Below are positions 35,344 through 45,778 of a stretch of 46,538 nt of DNA, one piece after another. The first letter of the stretch is position 1. Every line of letters starts with the position of its first letter. Under the pieces are notes generated by a model, which did not search any database, was not told where the DNA came from, and saw only the letters and a list, made by a program, of their open reading frames with translations. Made by a program: the position numbers and the translations under genes. The stretch lies in the NCBI GenBank assembly GCA_001724245.1, contig MEDX01000018.1, positions 1 through 46,538 of the forward strand, given 5' to 3'. The stretch comes from Fonticula-like sp. SCN 57-25. Its lineage: Eukaryota.

Positions 35344-37431
35344 TTACTCCTGCTCGACGTGCTCGTACGCCTCCCCCCTGCACGCCGCGCGCGCCCGCCT
35401 CGCCACCGGCACCATCGCCGCCACGCAGAGCACGCCCATGAACGCCTGCCGATGACGTCAGCCACCAAAGCCCACGTGGATATTTACGTACCGTGTTCAT
35501 GTAAAAGCGCGCGCGAATGTCCATGTCAAGCGCGCCTGGCCCGGCGATCACTTGCATGACGGCGAGCATCAAAAGGGCCGCAAATGTATTGACGCCAAAG
35601 ATGAGCGCGTATCGCTCATTCGCGACCCTTTAATTGAGTGAGCAAAGAGGCAAGTGGGGGCAAAGAAGAACAAAAGAGAAGCAGGACAAAACAAGATCCA
35701 ATCAAATCGAGATACCATTTGCATACAAGCATATTGATACCACAATCAATGTCCATGCTACATGATAAACGATAAAAGACACACCAAGATAAAAAAGATA
35801 CACGTTAAAGACATGTGTAATAAGCTCCCATTTGCGTACATTTGTGCGATCTTTGCCGCTGCGACGGCGAGCAGGAGGTACATTGTACCCTCAAAGAGGA
35901 TGTATGTAGCGTACGCGGCCCATATGCTCTCGGTGAGCGCCATCCACAGGACCCACCCAAAGGCCGCACCAGAGCCCAGCACGAGCATCGGCTCGGCCCA
36001 CGCGTCCTAAAATGATGTGTCAGCAGAAGCAGTCAAGTAGAGAATATAACAAGTAGATAGTCAAGAGTAGATCAGGTATATACTCACCAATCATACTCAA
36101 ACTTACCAGTCATACATCATACTCATACTCACACTCATACTCATACTCATCAATGAAATTCAAAATACAATAAGCAGTTTCCCTCATCGCTCCTGCCCTG
36201 CGCACGAGTGTCTTTCCCGCCATCAGCGTCGGCACGACCGACCCCGCCGCGCCCGCCAGCCGCCCAACAGAGTCGCAGAACCCGTTGAACGTGACGCTCG
36301 CGTCAATGCTGTACCACACCGACGACGCGTAACCCTCGACCGCCAGCAGACCGCAGAAGGCAAGCGCCCACCAAACAGACCACGTGGCCAGATCGGCCGA
36401 CGAGAATGATGAGCGGAGGGCGCGAGCGTACTCGGCAAGCGCGCGGCGGAGCGGAACGCGCGAACGGTCCCCCGCAACACGCTTATCAGCGCCATCTGTG
36501 CTGACTGTGCTATCGGCGTTGACTGTGGCAGCAGTGCCATCGAATTCTGAACTTTTGGCCCTATCGGCGCGATCGAGATCCGTGCGGTCGCTGATTGCGC
36601 TATCAGTGCCCTCAGCGATGACTGGGCTATCAGTGGCGGCCGGCGCGCCGGGGAGGAAGAGGGACGAGAGGGTGCCGGCGGCAGAGGTGGCCAGCGTGAT
36701 GTAGAAGAGAAGGACAAGCGGCTGGTAGAGGTACGACACGAGGACTTGAGCGAGGATGCCGGAAAGTACGCTACCGAGAAGGACAAGCGCGCGAGTGTAG
36801 CTCGTCTGAAACGAAAATAGCATAGAAAACGTACAAAAGCGTAAGTGAATGTCAAAAACACTCAAACTCGCACGATTCGCTGGTAGTCGTGCTCGTCAAC
36901 GAGCTGGTAGAGCAGCGAAAAATAGCCAACCTCGGTCGCCGTCGACAGCCCAAACGTCACCTGCATGAACTGCATGGCGCCCAACGTCTACCACATGTAA
37001 ATTAGGACACCGACGCGCACGTTATCGCCGCACCTCTCCCCACACGAGCGTGATACGCGTCACCAGATCGCTCAGGGCAAAGATAATCACGACCAGCTTG
37101 TACCCAATGTACTCGGCCGTCGGGCCGACAACCGCGAGAAACACAAGGTAAGAGTACGTCCACACGGGGTATACCTGATTGTTAACCTAGAGGAAAGAAT
37201 AGGCGTGTCAGACCGGCCGTCGATGTTGCCCTTGCTCAGGTGGCGCACCTCGGCCTCCGTCAGGCCCTTGTCGTCGATCAGGTACGGCGTCATGAATGGC
37301 TCCGCTGGGCGAAAGTGCATAACAAACCCAAACAGGCCAAATATGATTGCCACGCGCTTCCAGTCGCGCGGCGGGCGGCGAGGCTGCGTCTGCGCGCCGA
37401 TGCAGCGCTCCTCCTCGTCGCTGTCCGCCAT
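35344..37431 (-). CDS. Reduced folate/thiamine carrier (SLC19 family), 7 exons
   Basis: FGFVMHFRPAEPFMTPYL, VNNQVYPVWTYSY, MQFMQVTFGLSTATEVGYFS, TSYTRA, WSVWWAL and RYALIFGVNTF. Six GT-AG introns. The protein ends EAYEHVEQE. Confidence 0.88.
36111..36150 (+). repeat. Imperfect (CATACT)n microsatellite inside an SLC19 intron
   Basis: The sequence reads catacatcatactcatactcacactcatactcatactcat and accounts for the spurious EYEYECEYEY tail of ORF 36110..36865. Confidence 0.75.
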
Positions 37432-37489
37432 CAGCGAGGTGGCCTTCCCGCGAGATGTCACGTGACACTCACGTGACTTTCATTCGACC
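37432..37489. promoter_or_regulatory. 58-bp bidirectional promoter with two CLEAR-type E-boxes
   Basis: Lies between the divergent ATGs at 37431 and 37490. Contains the palindrome TGTCACGTGACA at 37456-37467 and TCACGTGAC at 37469-37477. Confidence 0.7.
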
Positions 37490-39094
37490 ATGGCGTCCGT
37501 GCGTCGGGGACGCCGCGTCCCGGTGGCCGATCTCAAGCGCCGCGACGAGCGCGGGCGCGCTGCTGCGCTTGTCCGCGGCCAGCACCCCTATGGCGTGCAG
37601 CCAACAGGGAACCTTTACATGGCGCCCGATCCGCAGGCGGCTCTTCGGTCGCGGTCCGAGGGCCTCGGGTACTTTGCGATGCTGCCCGACGAGGTAATTC
37701 TGCAGTGCTTGCTGGCGGAGCTGTCGCCGGCCGACCTGCTGAGGCTGGGCAGCACGAGCCGCGCATTCTACGTGTATGCGTCGCACGACGAGCTCTGGAA
37801 GCTCATGGTCATCGACCGGTTCAATGGCGACTTTGATTTCGATGCCACGTGGCGGAGGACATACATGCGCATGTGCGGGGCGACGCTATCAAACGTCCTC
37901 GTACCAAGCCAATTGAACGTACGAAGTCAAACATTTGCTTGTTTTCTATTGTATTTTTGTTACCTTTTTGATGCGTTTTTGATGCTGTTACTACTTTCAC
38001 ACAATATTTCTGCCGTAAACTTACGCCCACTTCAGCTCCCCCCACTGTACTCTGACGTCCTGTTTGACTCTTGGCGCTGCTCGAGCCACGAGCTGCGCCC
38101 CTCGTGGCTTTCTGTCGAGTCGATCCCCCGCCGCAGTGGTCTTTCCCCCGCCGAATTCATCTCCGAGTACGAGTCGCCCAACCTCCCCGTGATCCTCACC
38201 GACGTTGTCCCCTCGTGGCCCGCCTATGGGACGTGGTCGCTTGACTCGCTCTGCGCCGCGCACGGCGACGCGCGCTTCATTGCCGGCGAGGTTCGCATTT
38301 CCCTTTCGCGGTACGCGCAGTACGCGCGCCAGACGACGGACGAGTCGCCGCTGTACATTTTTGACCACGCCTTTGGCGAGACTGCCCCCGCCCTCGCGTC
38401 GGCGTACAGCGTGCCTTCCTACTTTTCAGACGACCTTTTCCGCCTTCTTGGCCCGTCGCGCCCCAAGCACCGCTGGATTCTTGTTGGCCCCGCGCGCAGC
38501 GGCAGCAAGTTCCACAAGGACCCGAACTCGACGTCGGCGTGGAATGCTGTGCTGACCGGGTCCAAGCGGTGGATCATGTTCCCGCCGAGCGTGACGCCGC
38601 CGGGCGTGTTCCCGAGCGAGGATGGCGCGACCGTAACGGCGCCAGTGTCGGTGCTCGACTGGCTTACGAGCTTCCTTGACGAGGCGCGGCGGATGGCCAC
38701 GCCGCCGCTCGAGGCGACCGTCAAGGCAGGGGAGATCATCTTTGTGCCGAGGGGGTGGTGGCACCTCGTCATCAACGTTGACGAGGGCGTCGCAATCACG
38801 CAAAATTACGTCAGCAGGCAGAGCTTGCCGCACGTGCTGCGCTTTCTCAGGGACACGCCAGAGCTCGTGTCGGGGTACAAAGGGGAAGTGCCGCTTTTTG
38901 AGGCGTTCGAGCAGAGGCTCAGGGAGAGCGAGCCCGAGATGCTCAGGGAGGCGCTAGAGAAGGTTGACGAGATGATTGAGCAGGAGAGTAGGGGGGGGCA
39001 CTCGTTGTGGAAGAGGCTAAAGACGGACGGCGATGAGCAGCCGTTCTCTTTCGCATTTGGGGACGACGACGAAGTGGAAGAGGAGAATGAATGA
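37490..39094 (+). CDS. F-box plus JmjC (JMJD6-like) dioxygenase
   Basis: HPYGVQPTGNLY, an F-box (LPDEVILQCL...LW), DESPLYIFD, RWILVGPARSGSKFHKDPNSTSAWN (HxD) and FVPRGWWHLV (third Fe ligand). Probable in-frame intron at 37919-38035. Confidence 0.88.
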   Translation: MASVRRGRRVPVADLKRRDERGRAAALVRGQHPYGVQPTGNLYMAPDPQAALRSRSEGLGYFAMLPDEVILQCLLAELSPADLLRLGSTSRAFYVYASHDELWKLMVIDRFNGDFDFDATWRRTYMRMCGATLSNVLVPSQLNVRSQTFACFLLYFCYLFDAFLMLLLLSHNISAVNLRPLQLPPLYSDVLFDSWRCSSHELRPSWLSVESIPRRSGLSPAEFISEYESPNLPVILTDVVPSWPAYGTWSLDSLCAAHGDARFIAGEVRISLSRYAQYARQTTDESPLYIFDHAFGETAPALASAYSVPSYFSDDLFRLLGPSRPKHRWILVGPARSGSKFHKDPNSTSAWNAVLTGSKRWIMFPPSVTPPGVFPSEDGATVTAPVSVLDWLTSFLDEARRMATPPLEATVKAGEIIFVPRGWWHLVINVDEGVAITQNYVSRQSLPHVLRFLRDTPELVSGYKGEVPLFEAFEQRLRESEPEMLREALEKVDEMIEQESRGGHSLWKRLKTDGDEQPFSFAFGDDDEVEEENE

Positions 39095-39409
39095 TATTTT
39101 TGTATATTGACATATTTAATGGACTTTAGAGGCTAATTAGAGGCAGCATATAGTATGTTGATGCACTAGCACATAGCGTATTGATGCAATGCAGCAGAAA
39201 AATGGAACGGCTCATAAGACCGTCACATAGTCGCCTTGATGCAGCCCCATATGGCATGTCGATGTATTCGCGTCAAAAATGCCTAAATGAAAAAAGTTTT
39301 GCCTGCGTATACGCGGCAGCAATACATTCTATGCTACGCTGCATGCGCGCGCCGCTTTCCGCCATTCTTCGCCGCCTTTCCGGCCGAGATTCCAGATTGT
39401 GATTGTCAT

Positions 39410-39423
39410 ATTTGGCGCCAAAT
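39410..39423. promoter_or_regulatory. Palindromic E2F-type site upstream of the BAH gene
   Basis: ATTTGGCGCCAAAT lies ~50 nt before ATG 39471. Confidence 0.45.
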
Positions 39424-39470
39424 CTGGCCAAAGAATCTGTCAAGTCGTAACCAACCCAACCACCCGCCCG

Positions 39471-42055
39471 ATGTCGGCCGAGTGGGTTGGCGCGGTCGAG
39501 CGCGTGGACGGCGACCGCGAGTACTACAGCGCCGTCAAGCTGTACAATGGCGACGTGGTGAAGCTGTGTGACATGGTTGAGCTGTACAGCGAAACGGACG
39601 AGTTTCACGTCGGCCAGGTTGAGGAGCTGTACCAGCGTCCGGGCAAGCCGTGGTCGGCGACTGTCCGGTGGTATTATCGCAAGAAGGATCTTCCCTCGGA
39701 CGTGACGGGCGACGTCCCAAAGGTGTCCTCGTCGCGGCAGCTTTTGCTGAGCGACCATCGGGACCGCAACGTCATCGACTCGATTTCGCAAAAGTGCCTC
39801 GTGCTACAGGGCACGGAGCCGCGCGAGGTGGCCAAGATCGCCGCCATGGAGGAGAAGTACGACATGCGAATCTATTTTTGCAGCCACCAGTTCCTTGTGC
39901 AGGGGCTGTCGGTGCAGCGGTTACCCGCGGGCTATTTGCCGACGCGCGAGGCGCAGATCGACACGGTCGGGGCGCAAGCGTCGGCTGCCGCTGCGGTTCC
40001 GGCAGAGGCGCTCAAGAGCGTGCCGTCGGCCAGGAGGACAAACAATTCGCTGGGCGTTGTGCTCGATGGACTTTCTATGGAGACGGCGCGCAAGACAAAG
40101 GGCGCCGCCAGCAAGGCCGACAAGGACAAGAAGGCGGAAAAGGCAAAGGCCGACGAGGCAGCGAGGGCCGAAAAAGAAAAGGCCGAAAAGGCCGAGAGGG
40201 AAAGGCAGTTAAAGGCCGACAAGGCCAAGGCGGACAAGGAAAAGGCGGAGAAGGAAAAGGCGGCTAGGGAAAAGGCTGAAAAAGCCGAAAAGGCCGCAAG
40301 GGAAAAGGCGGAAAAGGAAATGGCCGCAAGGGAAAAGGCCGAAAAGGAAAAGGCCGCAAGGGAGAAGGCCGAAAAGGAAAAGGCGGCTAGGGAAAAGGCC
40401 GAAAAGGAAAAAGCCGCCAGGGAAAAGGCGGAAAGGGAAAAGGCCGAACAAGCCGCAAGGGAAAAGGCCGAGAAGGCCAGGGCTGATAAGGAAAAGGCCG
40501 AGCGAGACAAGGCTGAGCGGGAAAAGGCCGAGAAGGAAAAGGCTGCAAGGCAAAAGGCCGAACGGGACAAGATAAAGGCGGACAAGATAAAGGCGGACAA
40601 AATAAAGGCCGACAAGGAGAAGGCTGAAAAGGAAAAACGGGCCAAGGAAAAGGCCGAGCGGGAAAAGGTTGAGCGGGAAAAGGCCGAGCGGGAAAAGCTC
40701 AAGGCATTGGTAGAGTCGGCCAAGGCGGCCGCCGCCCTCAAGTCAGCCACGTTGCCATCATCGGCGCCATCTTCAGTGCCGGCGACGGCGCTCTTCAGTT
40801 CGTCGCCCGTGCCCCCGCTAAGCTTTTCCTTTTCTTCGCTTTCGCCGACGCCGCTACCGGCCGCGCGCGCCCCTGAGCGCCCCGCCGCGTCGGCGCTGTC
40901 AGCCTCGTACGCGGCGGCCGCCTCGATGTCCGACGCCGGCGGCGCGGCGCTCTCCGCGGGGCTTTCGGACGCCCTCACGGACGCGGTTCGCGCGAGCGCG
41001 GCCACGCCGCGAAAGACACGGTCCGAGGACGAGATCGTTGGCCTCTTGCAGTCGCCGGGGGCGGGGACGGCGGCCCAACAGGCCATGCAGCAGGCCATGC
41101 AACAGGCCATGCAGCAGGATGTGTCTCAATCTTCTCTGGAGCACGAGAATGCGTCTCAGGAAACTTACGCGAAACAACAAGCGTCTTTGCAGGTGTATAA
41201 AGAACTACAGCAGCAGGCGATGCAGCAGGAGGCGATGCTGCAACAGGCGATACAGAACAAGAATGCAAAGTCGTCAGCGTATCAAATGGCGTTGCAGCTG
41301 GAATACGAGTATCTGCTGAATCGGCGGCAGGAAGCCTTTCAAAAGTTTATTAATGCGACGCAGCAGCACCAGAATGCAATCGCGGCTCAGCAGGCTTATC
41401 AGGCGCGGAAGGCGTCTCAGCAGCTGTCCCAGATTCAACAGCAGAATCAGCAAGCGTCCCAATCGTCCCTAGAGAAGGAGCGTCAAAAGGACGCAGAGTC
41501 CAAAAAGGACAGCGAGTCCACAAAGGAATTAGATTCGAAAAGGGAGAAAGATTCGAAAAAGGCGACTGCCGACGACGATCGGCCATCGACCGCCGCCTCT
41601 TTCGCTTCTTCGTCCTCCTCTTCCTCTTCTTCCACTGCTTCCGCCGCGACCGCCAAGGCGCCGCCGCCGTTCGCCGCGCTGCTGGCCGAGCCTCCCAAGC
41701 GCATGCAGACGATGCCGCGGCCTCCCCCGCCGGCCACTCTGCTCCGCCTGGTAAGCGACGCCAATCCGCCGCGGCCTGCTTCATCATCGACGGCAGCGTC
41801 AACACCAGCAGCAGCAACGGCGTCAGCGGCAGCAGCGTTGGCAGCAGCATCGCCAGCATCGGCGGTGCGGCCCGCCAAGCGCGCGGCCGAGGACGAGATG
41901 GGCTCCGCGGCAAAGCGGTCGCCCGCCAAGCAGGGTTTCCAGCCGCTGCCGCAGGCGAACCAGCAGTTTCTGCAGCACCAGCAGAAGGCGTACCAGCAGC
42001 AGCAGCAGCAGCAGCAGGCCTATCAGCAGCAGCAGCAGCAACAGCAGGCCTATCA

Positions 42056-42086
<31 letters not shown>

Positions 42087-42242
42087 ATTTCTCATGTTGC
42101 CCAGCAGAGGCAGAGCTCCTTTGTGGACGACAGCGATCCCGCGCTGGCGGCCATCGTGACGTTTGAGCGCGTGTGGGGCGCCACTGTGCCGCCGTTCAAG
42201 GACGCGCTCAGCGCCGCGCGAAAGTCTCTTGGGCTCGCGTGA
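39471..42242 (+). CDS. BAH-domain protein with a long E/K/A/R repeat helix and Q/A/S-rich tail
   Basis: YYSAVKL...HVGQVEELY...VRWYYR...LLLSDHRD.N.IDSISQKCLV...YFC (BAH), then EKAAREKAEK repeats, DKIKA x3, QQAM x3 and QAYQn repeats. Intronless. Confidence 0.8.
40250..40700 (+). repeat. Coding minisatellite with 15/30-nt units (EKAAREKAEK, DKIKA, REKAE)
   Basis: Recurrent gaaaaggc(c/g/t) units inside the BAH gene. Confidence 0.85.
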
Positions 42243-42512
42243 GGCCTCTTTTTGTTGTACATAGTCATTGTCATGTGTATCTTTAGTGCATTGGAACAAA
42301 TACAAAACATAAATGTCACAACCGAACATCAGTGCGGCGGGCGGACAACCACAACAAAAATTGCATATATATCGTACAACAAACAGCAAACAAACAAGAA
42401 AAGCCATCAAAAAGTCCATAAAGTTATAAGTCACTCACACGACCGGTCAGTCATCAAGACCAAGACCAGCCAAAAGTCTCTTCAATCTACACAATATCAA
42501 AAAACGCGACAT

Positions 42513-44135
42513 TCACCCTTCGCTCTTAACTTTTGCGTGCGCGTGCGCGTGCCAAATCGACGCATGCGCCTCGTCGGCATTCCTCGTCTTCCTGTCGCCC
42601 TCCTTCACGGCGGCCATCTCCCTCTCCCTTCCCTCGTCCGACTCGTCCTCGGCGTCGACCACCGGGCTGTCATACCCGTCGACGACCGTCCGCGGCGCGT
42701 ACCTCAGGTACAGCTCGTCCTTAAAGTGCTGATGCTTGATGCCCGGCGGCCGCGCGCGCGCAAACCGCCTTATCGCCTCGCCGACGTCCAGCCGCGCCTC
42801 CTCGACAAGGTAGCAGCAGATCATAAAGCCAGTCCGGTTGAAGCCATAGTGGCAGTGTACGGCAATGACGTCACCAAAATTTTTCTTGTTTTTGTTTTTG
42901 CTGTCCCTGACAAAGGCGCGCGCCATGTCGAGAAAGAGCGCGACCTCGGCCGTGCCGGGCACCATCTTTGACACAAAGGGGAGCTTGACGTACGCGGGCA
43001 GAACGCCGTCGTCCGTGCGGTACGGCGGTGCGTCCTTGGAAAGGTCAATGACGAGCCCGACGCGCGGGAAGCGCGCCACGACGGCCGCAGGCGAGTGGTC
43101 CTCGTCGCCCTGCCGCATCACCTTCATTGGTAGGAACGGCGCGCCCTCCACAATAGCGCCGACGGCGGGCGTCGCGCTCCACTTTTCGAGGTTTTTCAGC
43201 GACCACTTGTCGGCCTCGCTCGGCGCGTGCATCAGTAGCTGGCGCTGCGCTGCCATCGTCGACAGGCCGGCGACCTCAATCAGAAACTTGCTCGTCATCG
43301 CATTCACGAGTGGGCTCTGCAGCATGCTCGCGTCCGCGACGGGAAGCATCTGCGAGTGCGCAAGGGGGAAGCGCTGCGACAGAAAGGAAAGAAGCGGGCG
43401 CACGGCCACAACTTCGTCGTCGCCAAACACGGAGAGGACGTGCACGCGGGGGGACCAGTCGGGGAGGCGCACGCGCGCTGACACGCGCGACAGGAGGCCA
43501 ACGGAAAGGGAAAGGCGCAACGAGCGCAAAAGCACGCTCAGACGCGACAGGAAAAGGTGGCGGCGGCGCCGCCAGCCGGACAGGGAAGCACCGCCCATTG
43601 GCGACAGCAGCACAAGCGCGGCGACAGAATCGCGCGGGAAACGCGACAAAAGGGAGAGCGACGTCAAAAGGCCGCTCCCTTCAGCAATGACAGCAAACTC
43701 GGAGCACGTGTGCGTCGGCGAAAATTGAGCGCGGAACGCGTCGCACGCGTCGAGCACAGCACGCTCATCGGCATCGGCGTCACCATCGTCAGCATCGCTC
43801 CCGCCGTAGCCGGGGAGATCGAGCGAGATCACGTTCGCTGTCTCGCAAAAGTACGCGAGCTGTGAGTGAAATACCGACATGCCCTCGAGCGACGCGCGGC
43901 CGTGAACGAGAAGCACGGTCGGCACGCCGTCGCCGAGGGGATGCTGGGTGAGGAATACTCTTAGTCGGCGGCCGTTGCCGCGGACGATGACGTGCGACCG
44001 CGCCGACACATACTCCTCGCCGGCGGTGGGGGGAAGAGCGCCGCGCGACAGTGGGTAGACGTACCATGCGGCAAGGCCGAGAGCGGAACCAACGGCAACA
44101 AGCTTGAGAAGGCTCGTCGCCATGCTCGCCGCCAT
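42513..44135 (-). CDS. N-terminally anchored alpha/beta-hydrolase-like plus DUSP11/RNA 5'-triphosphatase-like cysteine phosphatase fusion
   Basis: Transmembrane segment LVAVGSALGLAAWYVY, hydrolase-fold motifs VLLVHG and SLDLPGYGGS, then KWSLKNLEKW, PMK, VIDLS, the P-loop HCHYGFNRTG and RPPGIKHQHFKDELYLRY. Intronless. Confidence 0.82.
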   Translation of the reverse strand: MAASMATSLLKLVAVGSALGLAAWYVYPLSRGALPPTAGEEYVSARSHVIVRGNGRRLRVFLTQHPLGDGVPTVLLVHGRASLEGMSVFHSQLAYFCETANVISLDLPGYGGSDADDGDADADERAVLDACDAFRAQFSPTHTCSEFAVIAEGSGLLTSLSLLSRFPRDSVAALVLLSPMGGASLSGWRRRRHLFLSRLSVLLRSLRLSLSVGLLSRVSARVRLPDWSPRVHVLSVFGDDEVVAVRPLLSFLSQRFPLAHSQMLPVADASMLQSPLVNAMTSKFLIEVAGLSTMAAQRQLLMHAPSEADKWSLKNLEKWSATPAVGAIVEGAPFLPMKVMRQGDEDHSPAAVVARFPRVGLVIDLSKDAPPYRTDDGVLPAYVKLPFVSKMVPGTAEVALFLDMARAFVRDSKNKNKKNFGDVIAVHCHYGFNRTGFMICCYLVEEARLDVGEAIRRFARARPPGIKHQHFKDELYLRYAPRTVVDGYDSPVVDAEDESDEGREREMAAVKEGDRKTRNADEAHASIWHAHAHAKVKSEG

Positions 44136-44387
44136 AACCAGCGGGGTAGCAGGCAGCCAAGCAAGGCTCCAACTGGCAATTCACTAGATTTCAGCTGGAT
44201 TTCAGTTTGCAGTTGCAGATTGAGATTGCAGTTTGCATTATTGAGCCAGGTATTGACCTGAAAGTGTCGAAAACTGAACCAAATCAAAGGCAATTCATAA
44301 CCAAAGCCAATGAAAAGCAACAGGTATCAATGCGGCAGAATTCCATTCAGTTATATATGCAATTTAATACAAGACTCAATACGTTTA

Positions 44388-45469
44388 TCAAACATCCACG
44401 TCATCCTTCCCCGGCTCGTCCTTGCCCGCCGCGCGCTTCTTGGTCGGCGGCTTGCCGTACTTGCGGCACTTGTCCGCGTCGGGAAGCTTGAGGATGAGCG
44501 CTCGTACAATCGGGTCGTTGAGGCCAAACACGTCGGGGCCGGGCGGATTCGAGCGGCTCTCAATGCCAAACTTTTTCTTATTCACTTCCACCAATACAGC
44601 TGCGACAGGTCAGCAGTCGAAGAAAAGGCCGAGGAAAGAGAAAGAGAAAAGGAGACAAAAACAAAAACACTACTACAAGCAAAATATTAGAGTCCTTTTA
44701 TTGTATCGCACCTTTCCATGCTGCTGACGATGACTGCGCCTCGACCGGGTGCTCGACGTCGTCCGCTGGCGTGATCCGAAACTGCGCAGACACATCAGCC
44801 CTCTGCTCGCAGTTAAGTACACAGTGCGCACCATTGGGGCGTCTCCGCCGTCGTAAATTTCGCATTTGTACGTCGTGGTGCGCTTTGGGTTCTTCATGCT
44901 GACGTACCTCCTCGTGCAGACGTACGAGACGGGCCAAATGTGCTTGGGCGTGTGGAACGCGTCCCTATCGTGCACCACGCGCCCAAGCGAGTATACCTTA
45001 AGCTGCGCGCTACCGCTATTCTCTACGTGAATCGGGAACGAGTGCCCGCGAAAGTCCTTTTGTGGCGTGGGCTCAACGAAAACCTCGCCTGCATCGTCGT
45101 CCTCGCCGCTCGACGCGCCAGAAAGATCGTCTGAGCTCCACGCATCGTACGCACGAGAAGAGTCAAGTTGAAGAATTCGCGAAAGTAATGTGTCGTTCTG
45201 AAGGCGGAGGCGGCGCTCCTGGCGCTCCAGGCGGCGCAGATCAACTGACCGATCTACAAACACCTATGCAAGCGCAGGATCAGCACCTGAGCTTGCAGGA
45301 TGCAAAACAGAGATCACGGCAAAAGTGAAAAAAAAAAGCGTACATTCTGGCGCTCGGTTATATCCTTCTGAAGCGACTCCATCTCTACTAAACTCTGGTC
45401 CGCTTCCCTTTCGACGCCGCTGTCCGGCCCAGCAGCAGCCGGGCGCCACTCCACCGCACTGAACTCCAT
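44388..45469 (-). CDS. TBRG1: FYRN/FYRC protein, TBRG1-like, 4 exons
   Basis: N-terminal coiled coil (LLSRILQLD), FYRN (LKVYSLGRV...FH...IWPVSY...YKCEIYDGG..P|FRI) and FYRC (GPDVFGL...ILKLPDADKCRKY). Three GT-AG introns. Confidence 0.75.
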
Positions 45470-45730
45470 GGCCACGTGGTTAAAGAATGACTGTGCGCTC
45501 TGTTAAACAAGGCTTGTCCTACCGAATGCGCCTTGAAAATGTGGTTTGATTGAAAGTTGTATTTTTGAGGTACGTCATGGAAGGGTCCTAAAAGTTAAAA
45601 CGCATCACGACTCTTCCGAATCTTTCATAAAAATACCAAATTCAATCAAATCACAATTTTGAGTGGGATCGAGGGAAAGCGGCTGTCAATAGAAACGAAA
45701 ACACTCGCACCGATTTTTAGTGCGCGCTTG

Positions 45731-45770
45731 ATCGTTGTCGTGGCGCATTCATCGTTGTCGTGGCGCATTC
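45731..45770 (+). repeat. Exact 20-bp tandem duplication ATCGTTGTCGTGGCGCATTC
   Basis: 45731-45750 is identical to 45751-45770. Confidence 0.9.
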
Positions 45771-45778
45771 AAAATTTT

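Noticed and set aside
3158-38035. Apparent excess of stop-free introns of length 3n (e.g. 3158-3208, 8688-8741, 31581-31640, 37919-38035)
   Set aside because: Roughly 8-10 of ~55 is close to chance for ~50-nt introns. They matter as annotation traps but are not evidence of NMD loss.
39932-41110. 392-aa antisense ORF
   Set aside because: It is the mirror of the EKA repeats of the BAH gene (SAFSL runs), a stop-poor antisense artefact.
2962-45469. Introner-type (transposon-derived) intron family
   Set aside because: The introns share only donor, branch and acceptor signals. I saw no internal similarity, terminal inverted repeats or target-site duplications.
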